Source: Hypanus sabinus
Lineage: Eukaryota
DNA: 64,000 bases
Assembly (NCBI RefSeq): GCF_030144855.1
Contig: NC_082706.1
Location: 106,454,001-106,518,000, forward strand
Direction of reading: 5' to 3'
Below are positions 35,701-49,007 of this stretch, in pieces; within the stretch, counting starts at the first letter, position 1; every line of letters starts with the position of its first letter. Made by a program: the position numbers and the translations under genes. Below the pieces are notes generated by a model. That model had not been told where the DNA came from, ran no database searches, and saw only the letters and a program-made list of their open reading frames with translations.

Positions 35701-37745
35701 GCCCCTGGAGGCATGGCAAAACTGGCTGAAGGAGGAAGACACTGCTTTCTGTATGGACATATCACAAGTACTTCTCCTACACACGTGATGGCAAGAGCCT
35801 CAATATCTGTTAAACCCATTGGGCACTCTTCTTCACCCAGTTTAATTTCATCCTCTCCTATCATCCTGGCAGCAAAATACCAAAGCCGATACTCTCTTCC
35901 ATCAGTTTAATACTTCTGAGGTCAAGGCCAATCTGGATCACATCTTTCCTTGCACATGCATAGTTGTTCCAGTGATTTGAGGAATAGAAACAGGTGCAGA
36001 CCTCCAAATAGTCAGATCCAGGCACAGAAGGAGAACTTCCCAACCAGCTGTATGTCCCTGCCTCTGTGTGCACCTAAATATTGACCTGGGGGTCACACTT
36101 CCCATCTGGTTTGCCATCCAGAGATTCAACAGACCCTGGAATTCATAAAGAGATGATTTTCATGGCAGTCTATGTCCATGACATTATCTCTGCCTGTCCC
36201 AAGTGTGCCCAGAACAAGACATCACATCAGCTCCCTGCTGGTCTGCTCTACCCACTGCCTGTGCCTCTCTGCCCCTCGTCCCACCTCTCAGTGGATTTCA
36301 TCACTGGTCTGTGTCCATCAGATGGAAACATTACCATCCTGGTGGTTGTGGACCAGTTCTCTAAAGCAGCCCTCTTCATTGCTCTCCCCAAGTTCCCAGT
36401 GGATTGTGAAACTGACACCTTCTTGATTCAGCTTGTGTTCAGGCTGTACAGCTTCCCTCAGGACATCGGGTCTGATTGAGGAACACAGTTCATGTTCCAT
36501 TGTTGGAAAGCTTTCAGTTCTCCTTTGGGAATCACAGCCAGCCTCTCACCATTTTTCCCACCCCCAATGTAATGGCCTGACTGAGAAAGTGAATGAGGAG
36601 CTGGAGATAATCCTGCACGGACTTGTTTCTTCCAACTCCATGACCTGGAGCTCCTAACTGCTTTCTGCAGAGATTCCCCATAATAAGCTAGACTAGCATG
36701 CCCTCCTTTGAATGGCAAAATGGATTCCAACCACCGATCTTCCCAGACCAAGTGATTGACATGGGAGTTCCTGCTGAGAACAGTTGGTAGAAACTGCAAG
36801 CACAGGTGGCAATGGGCCAGGGCTTCCCTGATGCACACTCAGAAACAATATGCCCAGCAGGGTGATCAGCTCCTCTGACAGGTGAGGCTTCTCAATCCAG
36901 GGAGAGGGCCTGGCTGGTATCTAGAGATCTTCCTTTGAAAGTTGGGAGCCGCAAGGTTGCCCCATGCTATGTGGGACTGTTCATAGTGGAGAAGGGTACC
37001 AATTGATCTTCCTAGAGACTGTGCCTGCAATCATCTGTTAAGATTCACCTACGATTCCTTATTCGCAGCTCAGACTGGTCACTTCCACCCAGCATGCTCC
37101 AGTTACACCCTCCCCCTCCTCTCCTCTTGGTGGGTGGGTCACTCGTCTATGCTGTGCAGCACCCCCTGGCATCTGAGCCAGTGTGGGGCAGGGTCCAGTA
37201 CCTAGTGGATCTGGAGGGATAAGGTCCAGAGGATCTTTCTTGGGTTTCAATTCATGACATCCTGGACAAGTCATTCATCCAGGACATCCAGCGGGCACAG
37301 GTCTCTGGTGCCTCTGGAGCTGTGCCTCATGGTGTGGCGGGGTGGGGAGGAGTGAGGGTGGTGATCTGTCACAACCATGGACTCTGCTGTGGAGTCTAGG
37401 CTCACTCACAGGTGGGCAGCTGAATAGGGTCATCAGCAATCACACTCATGAGAAAGCATTTTGCAGCCAGTTAGGGTTGCACTGAAGTTTTATTTAACTC
37501 CCTTCAGTCTTGTCGAGTCTTGACTGAAGCACAGCAATGGTGACACTCCCCTGCTTACCTTAGCCCACATTCCAGGAAAGAAGACTGCAATTTTGATTGA
37601 CACTTTAAAGAAGCAGTACTAATGTAGTATTAAGTTACTGCATCCGAAGCTCAGTGTCAGCGTTAGATTTTTAGTTAGTAGCCCTATTAGCTTTGCATTT
37701 ATCTTTTTCCTTTCATTTTGTACAGTTCTCATTAAAATTCAGTTT
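32797..37745 (+). mobile_element. Decayed Gypsy/Ty3 chromovirus-type LTR retrotransposon with both LTRs
   Basis: LTRs start TG(G/T)CACAACCATGGAC at 32797 and 37367; gag start (M)DPAE at ~33259; RT VCLDDILIYS..VKPEKCEFH; integrase CPKCAQNK..HLSVDFITGL..VVVDQFSK; chromodomain-like QYLVDLEG*GPED; purine tract before the 3' LTR. LTRs are only ~70% alike by eye. A foreign repeat sits at ~33330-33900. Confidence 0.9.
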
Positions 37746-39947
37746 ACCCAGGGGTCAGTGTTGGGATCTCTGTTATTAATTATTATGTAAATGATTTGGA
37801 TGTGAATGTATACAGCACTATGTTCACTATACCTCCAATCTTGGTTTCATCCACAAATTTGTTAGAAACATAGAAAACCTACGGCACAATACAGGCCCTT
37901 CAGCCCACAAAGCTGTGCCGAACATACCCCTACCTTAGATCTACCTAGGCTTTACCAATGGCCCTCTATTTTTCTAAGCCCCATGTAGCAATCCAGGAGT
38001 CTCTTAAAAGACTCTATCATTTCCACCTCCACCACCACAAACAGCAGCCCATTCCACGCACTCACCACTCTCTGCGTAAAAAAACCTTACCCTGACATCT
38101 CCTCTGTACCTACTTCCAAGCAGCTTGATCCAGTTTAACATATTATTTAGATCATTAATATAAGTGACCTACAACAATGGATAAAGCACCGATTCCTGCA
38201 GCACAGCACTAGTCACAGGTCTCCAGGCAGAGAGACAAACATTAACTACCATTCTGCGGCTTCTTCCACCAAGCCAATATTCAATCTAACTGACCATTCA
38301 TTCTGAATACCAAGCGACTTAATCTTCTTGACGAGTCTGCCATGTAGTAATTTATCAAAGGCCTTTCTAAAGACCACTGCTTTCCCTTCATCAAACTTCT
38401 TGGTACCTCCTTAAAAAAGTCTCTATAAATTAGTTAGACATGACTTACCATGCATGAAGCCATACTGCTTCTCTCTTATCAGGCCCTGTCATTCCAAACA
38501 CTGGTTCATGCACATCCTGTCCATCATTAACCTTCAGATAATTTACCCAGGACTAATCTCAGTTTTACCAGGCTATAATTTTCTGTTTATTTATAGAACC
38601 ATTCTTAACTGTTAGCTACCCTCCAGTCCTCCAGTACCTCAACCATGGCTAGGGATGTTTTAAATATCACTGCCAGGGTCCCTGTAATTTCTGCACTAGC
38701 CACCCACAAGTTGGAGAGGACACCTCATCAGGTCTTTGGGATTTATTCACCCTAAATTCATCTCAAGACAGCAAGCACCTCCTCTTCTGTAATCAGAACA
38801 TGGTTCAAGACCTCTAGTGTTTTGCCAGATTCTATGGTATCTGTGTCTGTCTCCTGAGTAAATGCAAACACAAAGATGGAACATTTAAGATTTTTCCCCA
38901 TCTCCTTTAGTTCTATGTGTATATGACCAACTTGATCTTCAGGAGTACCAATTTCATCCCTTGCTATCCTGTTGCTCCTAACATACCTTGCATTCTGTTT
39001 CCTCTTGACTGCTGGAGAAACCAGTTATCCCTTTTCAGCCTTTCTGATCTTTTGCTTGTGTTCCCTTCCATGTCTTATGTTCCTCAAGTTCCCCATTTAA
39101 TACTAGCTGCCGATATCTGATTGATATGTGCTTCCTTTTTGTTTACCAGCTCCTCAATATCCCATGATAACAAAGGTTCCTTCAACCTGTGAGGCTTGCA
39201 TTTTATCGTAATAGAAATATACATATTGTGTACACTCAGTACTCAATTCTGTCAAAGGCCTCCCATTTGTCAGTGTCTCTTTGTTAAAAAACAACCTATC
39301 TCAGTCTACACCTGGCAGGTGCTTTTGATGCTATCAAAATTGCTCTTCCTCCAGTTTAGAATCTTAAGCTGAAATCTCTATAATTACTCTGAAGTCTATG
39401 GAATTATGATCACTATATCCAAAGTGTTTCCCTGTATTCACTTCTGTCACCTGCACTGTCTCATTTCCCAATAAGAGATCCAGTATTGTGCTTTCTTTAG
39501 TTGGGAACCTGCATATTGATAATGATTCTTTCCTGAACACACTTGACAAACTTAACTTCATCCAGTTCTTTTACAGTATGAGAGTCCCAGTCAATATGTA
39601 GAAAGTTAAAATCACCCACTATCTCAACCTAAACACTAGAGATTCTGCAGATGCTGGAAATCCAGAGTAACACATATAAAATCCTGGAGGAGCTCGTGAG
39701 GTCAGGTTTTCCAATGAAAAGGAATAAGGCATCAATGCTTCAGGCCAAAACCCTTCATGAGTCCTGATGAATGGTCTCAGCCAAAAGCACTGACTGTTTA
39801 TCCCCTTCTGTAGTTGCTGCCTTCCCTATTGAGTTACTCTTACATCTTGTATGTGTTACTGTAACAGCCGTATATTTCTTGCAACTGTCTAGTATCTCCC
39901 TATGAATTTATTCATCCAAAGCCTGCTCACTATTAGAAATTCTGTGA

Positions 39948-42900
39948 GGCAGCAACAAGGTAAGACATGCTGGCGTGAGCTCCCCAATTGTGTCTCAATA
40001 GTTATCTTTATTTTACTATGTTATTGTTGAAACCACATTCCTAATTTTTTTTAAAAATTTCACTTGCTAGTGATGCATGGCAAGGTATAATTTTAGAAGT
40101 AAGAAGGACATTCTATCATCAACTGAAGGAACAATCAGACCCTCGCTTTTTATTAAGATGGTGGCCAACTCTGGAAAAGGGGGGAAGCTTTCCCTCAAGA
40201 CAGTCATGACGGCCATTCAGGAAAGCAAGGTAGAATTATCAACATAAATCGACACTAAAATGATTAATATCCAGTCCTCGCTAATTAAAATAGAATCTGC
40301 GTTATCAACACTAGCTGACCAAGTTAAGGAAATGGAGGGGCGTGTATCTGCCGATGAAGACAACATAATAGAAGTCACCATGAACGTTGAGAAATTGGTG
40401 GAAGAGGTACAATTGTTGAAAGACAAGGTGGATGACCTATAATCGCAAAGCTCCTCAATTTTAAGGAGCAAGGAGAGAGATTCACTATGAAAGTAACAGG
40501 ATTTACATATTTCCCGACTGTAGTCCGAGATTGCAATGCCTTAAGGACACCTTCAAAGAGGTTAAGAAGACCCTATGGAAAAGGGGCATTGATTATTCCC
40601 TGCACTATCCAGCTAAGCTTTGGATTATGCATAAGGGAGACACCAAGTGGTTTGTTACTCCTGATGCAGTAAAATGGAGTTTTTGAAAGTTAACGTCAAT
40701 AATGACTGATAGTCCTCTTGCTCCTTGCACAATGGATGGATCACTGTGATGCTTAAGCACTCTATGCATTGAGTGACTTTTACTTAAGTGATTATTGGAT
40801 GTACTGCTGTGACTGATATGAGGATGCGAGTATTTTCACAATATGGAGACTTTCCCACCTGGCTATTGTGCAAAGTGTGCCTCCTTAATTTTTGATGTCA
40901 TTTTGTCTCACACTTGTGCCTTGAGATGTTTTTGATTTGCGGTGTTCCTTTCACTAAACATTTTATATGTTGTAGTCTGAGTTCTGTTCAAGTTGTTTTG
41001 CCAGGTTTTATGTGCATGCTCCTAGGCCTTGATTGTACTCGTTTAGAGGCTGTAGAACCTAGAATTCTTAATTAATGTGGTTTAATGCTCACTATATTTT
41101 TCTGTAACTGTTGAGAACCCTTGCATATTTAGAGAGAGTAGCCTACCCACCGGGGATGTTTAGTCTAGGGGACGTCAACGGATGGGTCTTATACCCATTG
41201 AATAAGTTAGGTCTTTATTCTTTGTTCTTTGGAGCACAGAAGATTGAGGGGGGACTTGATAGAGGTATTTAAAATTATGAGGGGGCTAGATACAGTTGAT
41301 GTGGATAGGCTGTTTCCATTGAGAATAGGGGAGATTCAAACAAGAGGACATGAGTTGAGAGTTAAGGGGCAAAGGTTTAGGGGTAACACAAGAGGGAACT
41401 TCTTTACTCAGAGAGTGGTAGCTGTGTGGAACGAGCTTCCAGTAGAAGTGGTAGAGGCAGGTTCAATTTTGTCATTTAAAAAAAAACAATTGGATAGGTA
41501 TATGGACAGGAAAGGAATGGAGGGTTATGGGCTGAGTGCAGGCAGCTGGGAGTAGGTGAGAGTAAGCATTCGGCATGGACTAGAAGGGCCAGGATGCCCT
41601 GTTTCTGTGCTGTAATTGTTATATGGTTCTACGGGGATATGATATGGTTCTGTTTCTTAATTACTCTTATTCTTACAGTTCTTGCACTATCTTTATGTTC
41701 TGAGGTAGCTATCATTTTTTTTCTTTAAGGTATGACTAGTCAACTTAAAATATTCTCCTTGAATGTAACGGGGACTAATTCTACAACTAAGTGGGGAAAA
41801 ATTTCTTACATATTTAAAGAGACATTCCACTGATATAGTGTTTATACAAGAGACTCACATTTCTGACACAGAACATGTAAAGTTAAAAAGGGATTGGGTT
41901 GGACATGTTTACTATTCTTCATTTACCTCAAAAGCAAGGGGAGTAACTGTACTCATCAATAAAAACGTGTGGTCTAAATTAATATCAACAGAAAAACACA
42001 AGAACGGTAGACTTTTTTTAGTTAATTGTGAACTAAATATGAACAGGGTCACACCGATTAATGTATATGGCCCCAACCATGATGATCCCATTTTTTTTAA
42101 TGACTTGGGATTAAAACTTATGACAGCTTTGGACCACTGTCTGGTTGGTGGTGACTTCAATTTGGTCTTAGACCCAGCAATAGATCGATCCACACCAAGA
42201 TCTTTTAATTGTTCAAGTCAGTCCAGGATCAGGGCATGAGGGATCTGGAGTTTTGTGATATTTGGCGTCAACTTAATCCAAATGTAAGTGACTTTTACTT
42301 CTTTTCAAATGTCCATGGCTCCTATTCTAGAATTGATATGTTTTTAATATCCCAAAGTATGGTGTCCAGGGTTATTGAATGCTCCTACTTACCAGCTATA
42401 CTCTCTGACCATAGTCCAATAAAGTTGACTTGGAGGATGGATATTACACAGTTGTCATCTTATAGTTGGAAATTTAAAACATATATGCTTAATGATCCTG
42501 AATTTCTCAGATTTATGAACGGCCACATTGATTTATTTATGGAAACTAATTCAAATTCTTCTTCCTATGCTACCATAAGGGAGGCTTTAAAAGCCTATAT
42601 GAGAGGACGTCCTTTCATATAGCACACATAAGAGAAAAAAACAAAACTCTTGTCTCTTTAGAGGAAGAGATTAGAAATCCTGAATGTGAACATGCTTTTA
42701 CTAAAAGTGAAGAAATATTTAATACACTGATTTTAAAATGGATTCAATACATTAATTTATGTACAAGTAAAACTGAGGCAGATATGGCCAGAACTAACTA
42801 TCATTACGAATTCAGAAGCAAAACTAGTAAGTTACTTGCCTGTCAAATAAAAAAGAAAGAGACTGATAGATTTATCCAATCTGTTGTTATGGATGATAGC

Positions 42901-45694
42901 AGATCCCTCATTAACCCAAAGGACATAAATCAAGAATTCAGAAAATTTTATGAAAAGCTATATAAGACAGATCATGATATAGGAAATACCAAAGCAACAC
43001 ATTTCTTGAACTCATTAAATCTGCCTAAGTTAGATCCTAAGGATAAAGATCGTCTTGACTCTGATATATCTGAAGAAGAGGTTCTTGGTGTTATGAAGTC
43101 TCTACAGAACTATAAAGTTCCGGGGCCAGATGGCTTTCCAATTGAATACTTTAAAGCCTTTTTACATAAACTTTTAACCCCTTTAACAAATATGTTTAAG
43201 GAGGCACTAATTAATAAAACTCTGCCTAGTTCTCTGGGAATAGCTACAATAACATTACTGCCAAAACCTGAGAAGGACCATCAAAAATGTAGTTCTTATC
43301 AGCCCCTTAGCCTTTTAAATTCAGATTACAAAATCTTATCAAAAGTAATTGCATTAATAGATGACATTATCCCTAAGATCATTAATGCTGATCAGACAGG
43401 TTTTGTCAGAAATCAATATGGATCTGATAATGTATGGAGATATTTTCACATAATGGAAGAGGCTCATATGCAAAATGATTCCATGTTGATAATGTCGATC
43501 GATGCAGAGAAGAGGTTCAACAGAATAGAACCTACCTTCTTTTTGCAAACTTTAAAAGCAATGAATTTTGGAGAGAGATTTATTCAATACATTGAAACAT
43601 TTTTTGTTGGTCCTAAAGCTCAAATTCTAACTAATGGAGTCCTTTCGGAGTCCTTTCCCGCTATTCAGAGGAGTCTGCCAAGGTTGTCCAAGTGCTCCGC
43701 TGCTGTTCTTGATAGCTATTGAGCTGCTGGCTATTGCTATTCATTCTTATCCCATCATTACCAGCATTAAATTTGGCTCCCTTCCACAATGTTTCCAACA
43801 ATACAGTGCTACTTCTGGATATAAATTAAACCTTTCAAAAAGTGACGTTATGTCTCTTAATATACAGGATAGAACCATTAAGAACCTAGTCAAACCCTTG
43901 CAATGGTGCTCGAATGGATTTAAGTATTTAGGCATAGAAATTAGGAGATCCCCAGATAAAATCCTTAAAGATAATTACATCAAATTATTGAATCGGGTTA
44001 AATTAGATCTACAGAAATGGAGGGATCTCCATTATCTTTAACTAGAAGAGTGAACTTAATTAAAATAAATATACTCCCCAAATTTCTATATTTATTTCAA
44101 TGTGTCCCAATTAAAATTCCCAAAAGACTATTTAATGATTTAAACAAATTATTGTCCAGCATTTTATGGAAAGGTAAAGTCCCTAGAGTTAAACTTTCAA
44201 CCCTTCAGGCCCCTTATGCCAAAATCTTCCTAATTTTAAATGTTATTACTTTGCAGCTTAATTCCGTCCAATATGGTGTTGGTTGCATTCTGAGAACAAT
44301 GAGACAAGATGGCTTTCTATTGAACAGCATCAATTAAAAAATGTTCACGTAAAAGTTCTTCCTTTTTAACATCTAAGTAAGCACTCTTAAATATTACTAA
44401 GAACCCTATAATTTTAAATTCTTTTGCAGTATGGCAAGAAGCTCATGCAGGTATTGGTATAAATATCTCATTATTTTGGAAAACTCCTCTGTGGAATAAC
44501 TCCAATATCCTCCATCTGATTGCAAACAGAATTCTAAAAAATTGGGTTAATAATGGTATAAAAACAGTTGAAGATTTATATAGCCAAGATAACTGCCAAA
44601 TTTCAACAATTATCTGGTAAATTTAATCTACCAAATCATGATTTGTTTAAATATTTTCAGATTAGACACTGGGTCCGTAACAGTTATTCAGGCTATCCAC
44701 AAATTTCAATAGAATCCCCGTTTGAAAAGCACTTGCTTAGTGAAGCCCTATATGCCACAAAGGGTCTTACGTCATCTATTTATATTATTTGAAACAGTAA
44801 CTTGCCAATCTATACTAAGAGTGATATTAAAAATAAGTGGGAATCAGATCTTGAATGCAATTACATTGATGCTGATTGGCGTAATATCCTTCAAATGTCT
44901 CAAACTGTATTAATATCAACCAAACATAGACAAATACAGTTTAATATCTTTTACATGATCTACTACACCCCACATAGACTGCACAAAATATATCATAATG
45001 CCTCTCCTAATTGTCAGAAATGTAAATCTTGTGACAGAGAATTACTTTATATGCTTTGGAATTGCTCTTATCTGGAAGAATTTTGGAAATACATTGTTAG
45101 AATAACCTCAGATATTATAAAAACTGAAATTTCATTTGATCCTAGGGTCTGGATTTTGGGAGATCTACAAGGTCTGAATGTGAATTACAATAAAAAAAAA
45201 CTTTATATTGCTTGCGGCTACAGCCAGGAAAAAGTGTATCCTACAAAACTGAAAATCTGAATTTCCTCCCCCATCCAGGCAGTGGTTAAACGAGTTAATA
45301 TGGTGTAGTAAACCTGAAAAAATCTTGTACAGAGAGAGGAGGAAACCAGCAACATATGAAAAAGTATGGGACTCCGTTTTGGCCTTATTACCATCATTAT
45401 ACCTCCTCGGCTACTAAATTAGTATGGATACCTGTCTTCCCGTGCTCCTGCTATCTGCTTAGTGTAGTAATATATTCTTTATTAATACACATTAGGACCT
45501 CATACCTTGATCCAATTTTATTTTAGCTGCTTTTCAATTGTGAATGAGGAAGAAATTTTTACCGTACCAGAGTTGTGGGTGGGGTAGGGGGAGGGAGTAT
45601 TTTGTCTGTCTTTTGTTTGCTCTTTTTTTCTTATGTGTATCTATATATAAAATATGATTTTTTGCTTCAATAAAACTATCTATATTTAAAAAAA
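39948..45694 (+). mobile_element. Near full-length L1-clade LINE (decayed), with TSD
   Basis: ORF1 coiled coil (40260-40442) and YPAKL motif; ORF2 APE (FIQETH..KARGV..VYGPN..GGDFN..SDHSP), RT (GPDGFPIEYFKAF..Y*PLSLLNSDYKIL..QTGFV), C-terminal CxxC..HxxWxC-like motif; AATAAA + polyA at ~45669-45695; 13-bp TSD AGAAATTCT(G/A)TGA at 39935-39947 and 45695-45707. Confidence 0.9.
41229..41625 (+). mobile_element. 5'-truncated CR1 3' end inserted in the L1 inter-ORF spacer
   Basis: RLRGDLIEVFKIMRG..TRGHELRVKG..FFTQRVVAVWNELP, the typical CR1 ORF2 C-terminus, followed by a TAATTGTTATATGGTT tail. Confidence 0.85.
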
Positions 45695-47293
45695 AGAAAT
45701 TCTATGAAGTCCCATTAACATGGTCATCCATTTTTTATTCCACAGTTTAACGCAAAATGCATTGGCAGATGAGCCTTCCATATGTCATCTGAGAATTACT
45801 TTGACATTATCCCTAATGAGTAATGTATGAATACTCCCTCCCCATTTGATAGCACCTTCCCTGTCATGTCTAAATGAGTAGAATGCCAGAACTTTGTGCT
45901 GTCAGTCCTGCCCCTCCTGTAACCATGTTTCAATAATGGTTTCAACATCATAAGTACATGCATGGATCCATTCTCTATGTACATCAGCCCTACCCTCCAC
46001 TGTCCCTGTTTTGCAATATATGCAACTCAGAACATTTATCCACTCTGCTCAATCTTGCAGTTTCCATTTCTGCTTAAAAATGAGAAATGCTGCAGATGCT
46101 GGAAATCCAAAGCAATGCCCAGAACATCTTTGCTTGTAGTCATTACATCTATATTTTTTCCACAACCACTTCATTGCTGTCCTGCCACTCAGGATACCAT
46201 CCCACTTAAACATTAGTTTGAACACTTCCGAACAGGATTAGCAAACCTTCCTGTACTGATATTGGTTCCTCTCCAGTTCGGGTTAGAACTGTCCTATTTG
46301 CAGAGATCCCACCTAACCTGGAATGGAGTTCAGTGATCCAAAAAATCTGAAACCCTCCCCCATGCACCATCTGCTTAGCCACATGTTAAACTGCACTGTC
46401 TTCCTTATTTTTGTCTCACTAGCCTGGATAGAAATCTTGACATCTTGGAAGTCTTGTGTTTTCACTTAGACCTAACTCCCTGAACACATTTTGCAGGTCA
46501 TCGTCACTTTTCCTGCTTAAAATATTGGTACCAATGTGTACCATGACTTTTGGCTTCTCACCCTCTCCCTTAAGATGGCTATGGACTCAATTCAAGATAT
46601 CTCTGATCCTCTATACCTGGGAGGCAATATACTATCCAAGTGTCTTGTACTTGTCTCAGATCTTCCTGTCTGTTTCACTAACCAATGCTAAAGAATGACC
46701 CCCCATCACTACCAGTGGCCTCTTCTTCCTCCCCCACCCACCTTACTTTCTGAACCAAAGAGTCATACTGAGTGCCAATACAACTGACCGCTGTGATAGG
46801 TCAACTCCCTAAAGCCATCTAAAATTATATACTTGTTGAGAGGAATGGCCACAGGAGTATTCTGCACTGTCTGCCAATACCCCTTCCCTCTCTTGATCAC
46901 CCAACTACCTGTTTTCAGCAACATAGGGATGACTATTTCTCTGTAACTCCTATCAACCCCACAATCTTCTGAATGATCTAAAGGTGATCTAGCACCAGCT
47001 CCATTTTCCTAATACAGTTTGTAAAGGTGGATGCACTTATCACAGATATAGACATCTCTCTAACTTCCACATCATGCAAGAGGAGCACACCACTGCTCTA
47101 AGTTCTATACCCACTGGTCTGTCTGTAAAACAATAAAGAAAGAAGTTACAAGAACTTAAACTCATAGAAGTTTATAAAATCATGAGGGTTATCGAGGGGT
47201 TAAAGCCTTTTCCCAGGATTGGAGAATCCAAAAGTGGAGGGCACTGATAAAAGATAATAGAGAAGAGATTTGAAAGAGACCTAAAAGGTAATT

Positions 47294-49007
47294 CCTCCCT
47301 TTTTTTGTAATTTTTTTTATTGAAGTTCATCATCAAACAAAATTTCTATAAGATGTATTTCGGATATTGTACATATATATCATATAGTCATATATGCCAC
47401 AAATCTCCACATAATATTTATCTGAGGTGTACAGTTATAGAAAACAGAGGAAAGAAAAACAAGCAAAAGGAGAGTACTATGTACAAGTAGGGAGTGATCT
47501 TTTTTTTTTACAACATATTCATTGATTTGTGAGAATAAAATTAGGCCTTTGAAATGTTATATAGTCAAACCATTTTCCCAGTATGAATCAAATTGTTCCA
47601 GCTTATGATTAACAGATGCTGTTATCTTCTCCATTTTGTAAATGTCCATTGTAATTTCCTTCCATGCATTTAAGATTGGGCTCTCTTATGATAACCATTT
47701 CTTAGTAAGAGTCTTTTACCAGCCACCAGCAGTATATTAATTAAATATTTATCTCTTTACAACCATTCTTGAGGTATATACCCAAAATATACGGTCTTAC
47801 ATTCTAAGGGTTTTTCACATTTAAAGATGTTTTGTAGGGCATTGTGTATCCCACTCCAATAGTCTTTGATAAAGGGGCATTTCCAGAAAATATGATAACG
47901 GTTTGCATTTTGATTTCCACAATTTCTCCAGCAAACAGGGAGGTTACTATCATAATGGGATTTCTGAGAGGGTGTAATAAAATATCTTATCAAGTTTTTC
48001 CATCCAAACTCCCTCCATTTCTGTGAACTGGTACACTTCCATTGATAGCTCCATATTATTGTCCATTCTTCCTCAGATATAATTATCCCTCCTTCGTTCT
48101 CCCATTTTGTCTTAATATATGAAGTTGAATGTGTTTTAAGAGTTGACAAACCCTTGTACATGCTTGAAATGATTCTACTACCGTTATCTGAATTACATGC
48201 TTTTCTAAATAGCTCTATCAAACATGTACTCACCTTGGTTACATTTTTAACTATCCTATTAACATAGTTTTGCACCTATAAAATACCAATAAAAGTCTTG
48301 TTTTTCTAATAAGTGTTTCTTTTTAAGCACGTCAAAACTGAACAGTGTTCCTTCTTTCATTATATTGCAAAGAACTGTTATTCCTTTAGCTGTCCAGTCC
48401 TTAAATCTATCATCCAGTTCATTTGGTGTAAAATCTGAGTCTTATGCACACCATTTAAGGATTGCAATATCTCCCTCTAGTTTATATTCTTTTATAATAG
48501 TTTTCCATATTTTAAGAGCCCATTTCACCCATGGGTTATCAATAGTATTTATGTACCTTTGTACATTGTTGTCAGCCAAAATTGCCTGTAAGGGGGTGGG
48601 AAGTATCCTCCCCTCAATGTTTTTCCATTGAGGGTCATATGATGGGTTGCACCAACATATCACGGCTCTCAACCGTACCACAAAATAATAATTCTAAGCG
48701 AAGGTTGGGCCCATCCCCCCTTTTCCTTGGCTAATTGCAAAGTTTTGAGATGAACTCTAGGCCTTTTACCTTGCCATATATATCTTGATAACATTTTGTT
48801 CCATTCATTGAATTGATTTTGCTTAATCTCTATTCGTAGGGTCTGAAAGAGATATAATAGTGTGGGCAGTATATTCATTTTAATAGATTCAATTCTTGAA
48901 CTGAAACTAAAATAAGGAATTAGGTTCCATCTTGCTATATCTTCCTATTTTATGTATGTGTGTATGTATGTATGTATGTATGTATGTGTGTATATATATA
49001 GGCTGAT
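47294..49007 (-). mobile_element. 5'-truncated L1-clade LINE inside a CR1 3' fragment
   Basis: Minus ORFs (SRIESIKMNILPTLLYLFQTL..; CWRNCGNQNANRYHIFWKC); polyT at ~47297-47320; 11-bp TSD AAAAGGTAATT at 47283-47293 and 49008-49018. Confidence 0.88.
48947..49000. repeat. (TATG)n/(TA)n microsatellite inside the L1 fragment
   Basis: Direct inspection. Confidence 0.9.

Larger units (their letters stand above)
38130..47130 (-). mobile_element. Old CR1 LINE split by later insertions (pieces 38130-39934 and 45708-47130)
   Basis: Minus-strand RT/APE remnants (KESTILDLLLGNE..DHNSIDF) continue across the L1 into an esterase ORF1 remnant (GEKPKVMVHIGTN). Confidence 0.7.

Noticed and set aside
40742-40760. 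CACTGTG sites (also ~15146, ~53589, ~62889) as possible J-segment RSSs
   Set aside because: No GGTTTTTGT-like nonamer 12 nt upstream and no FGxG J coding sequence follows; most lie inside repeats or an intron.
42784-43722. 312-aa ORF as a host gene
   Set aside because: It is the RT part of the decayed L1 ORF2.
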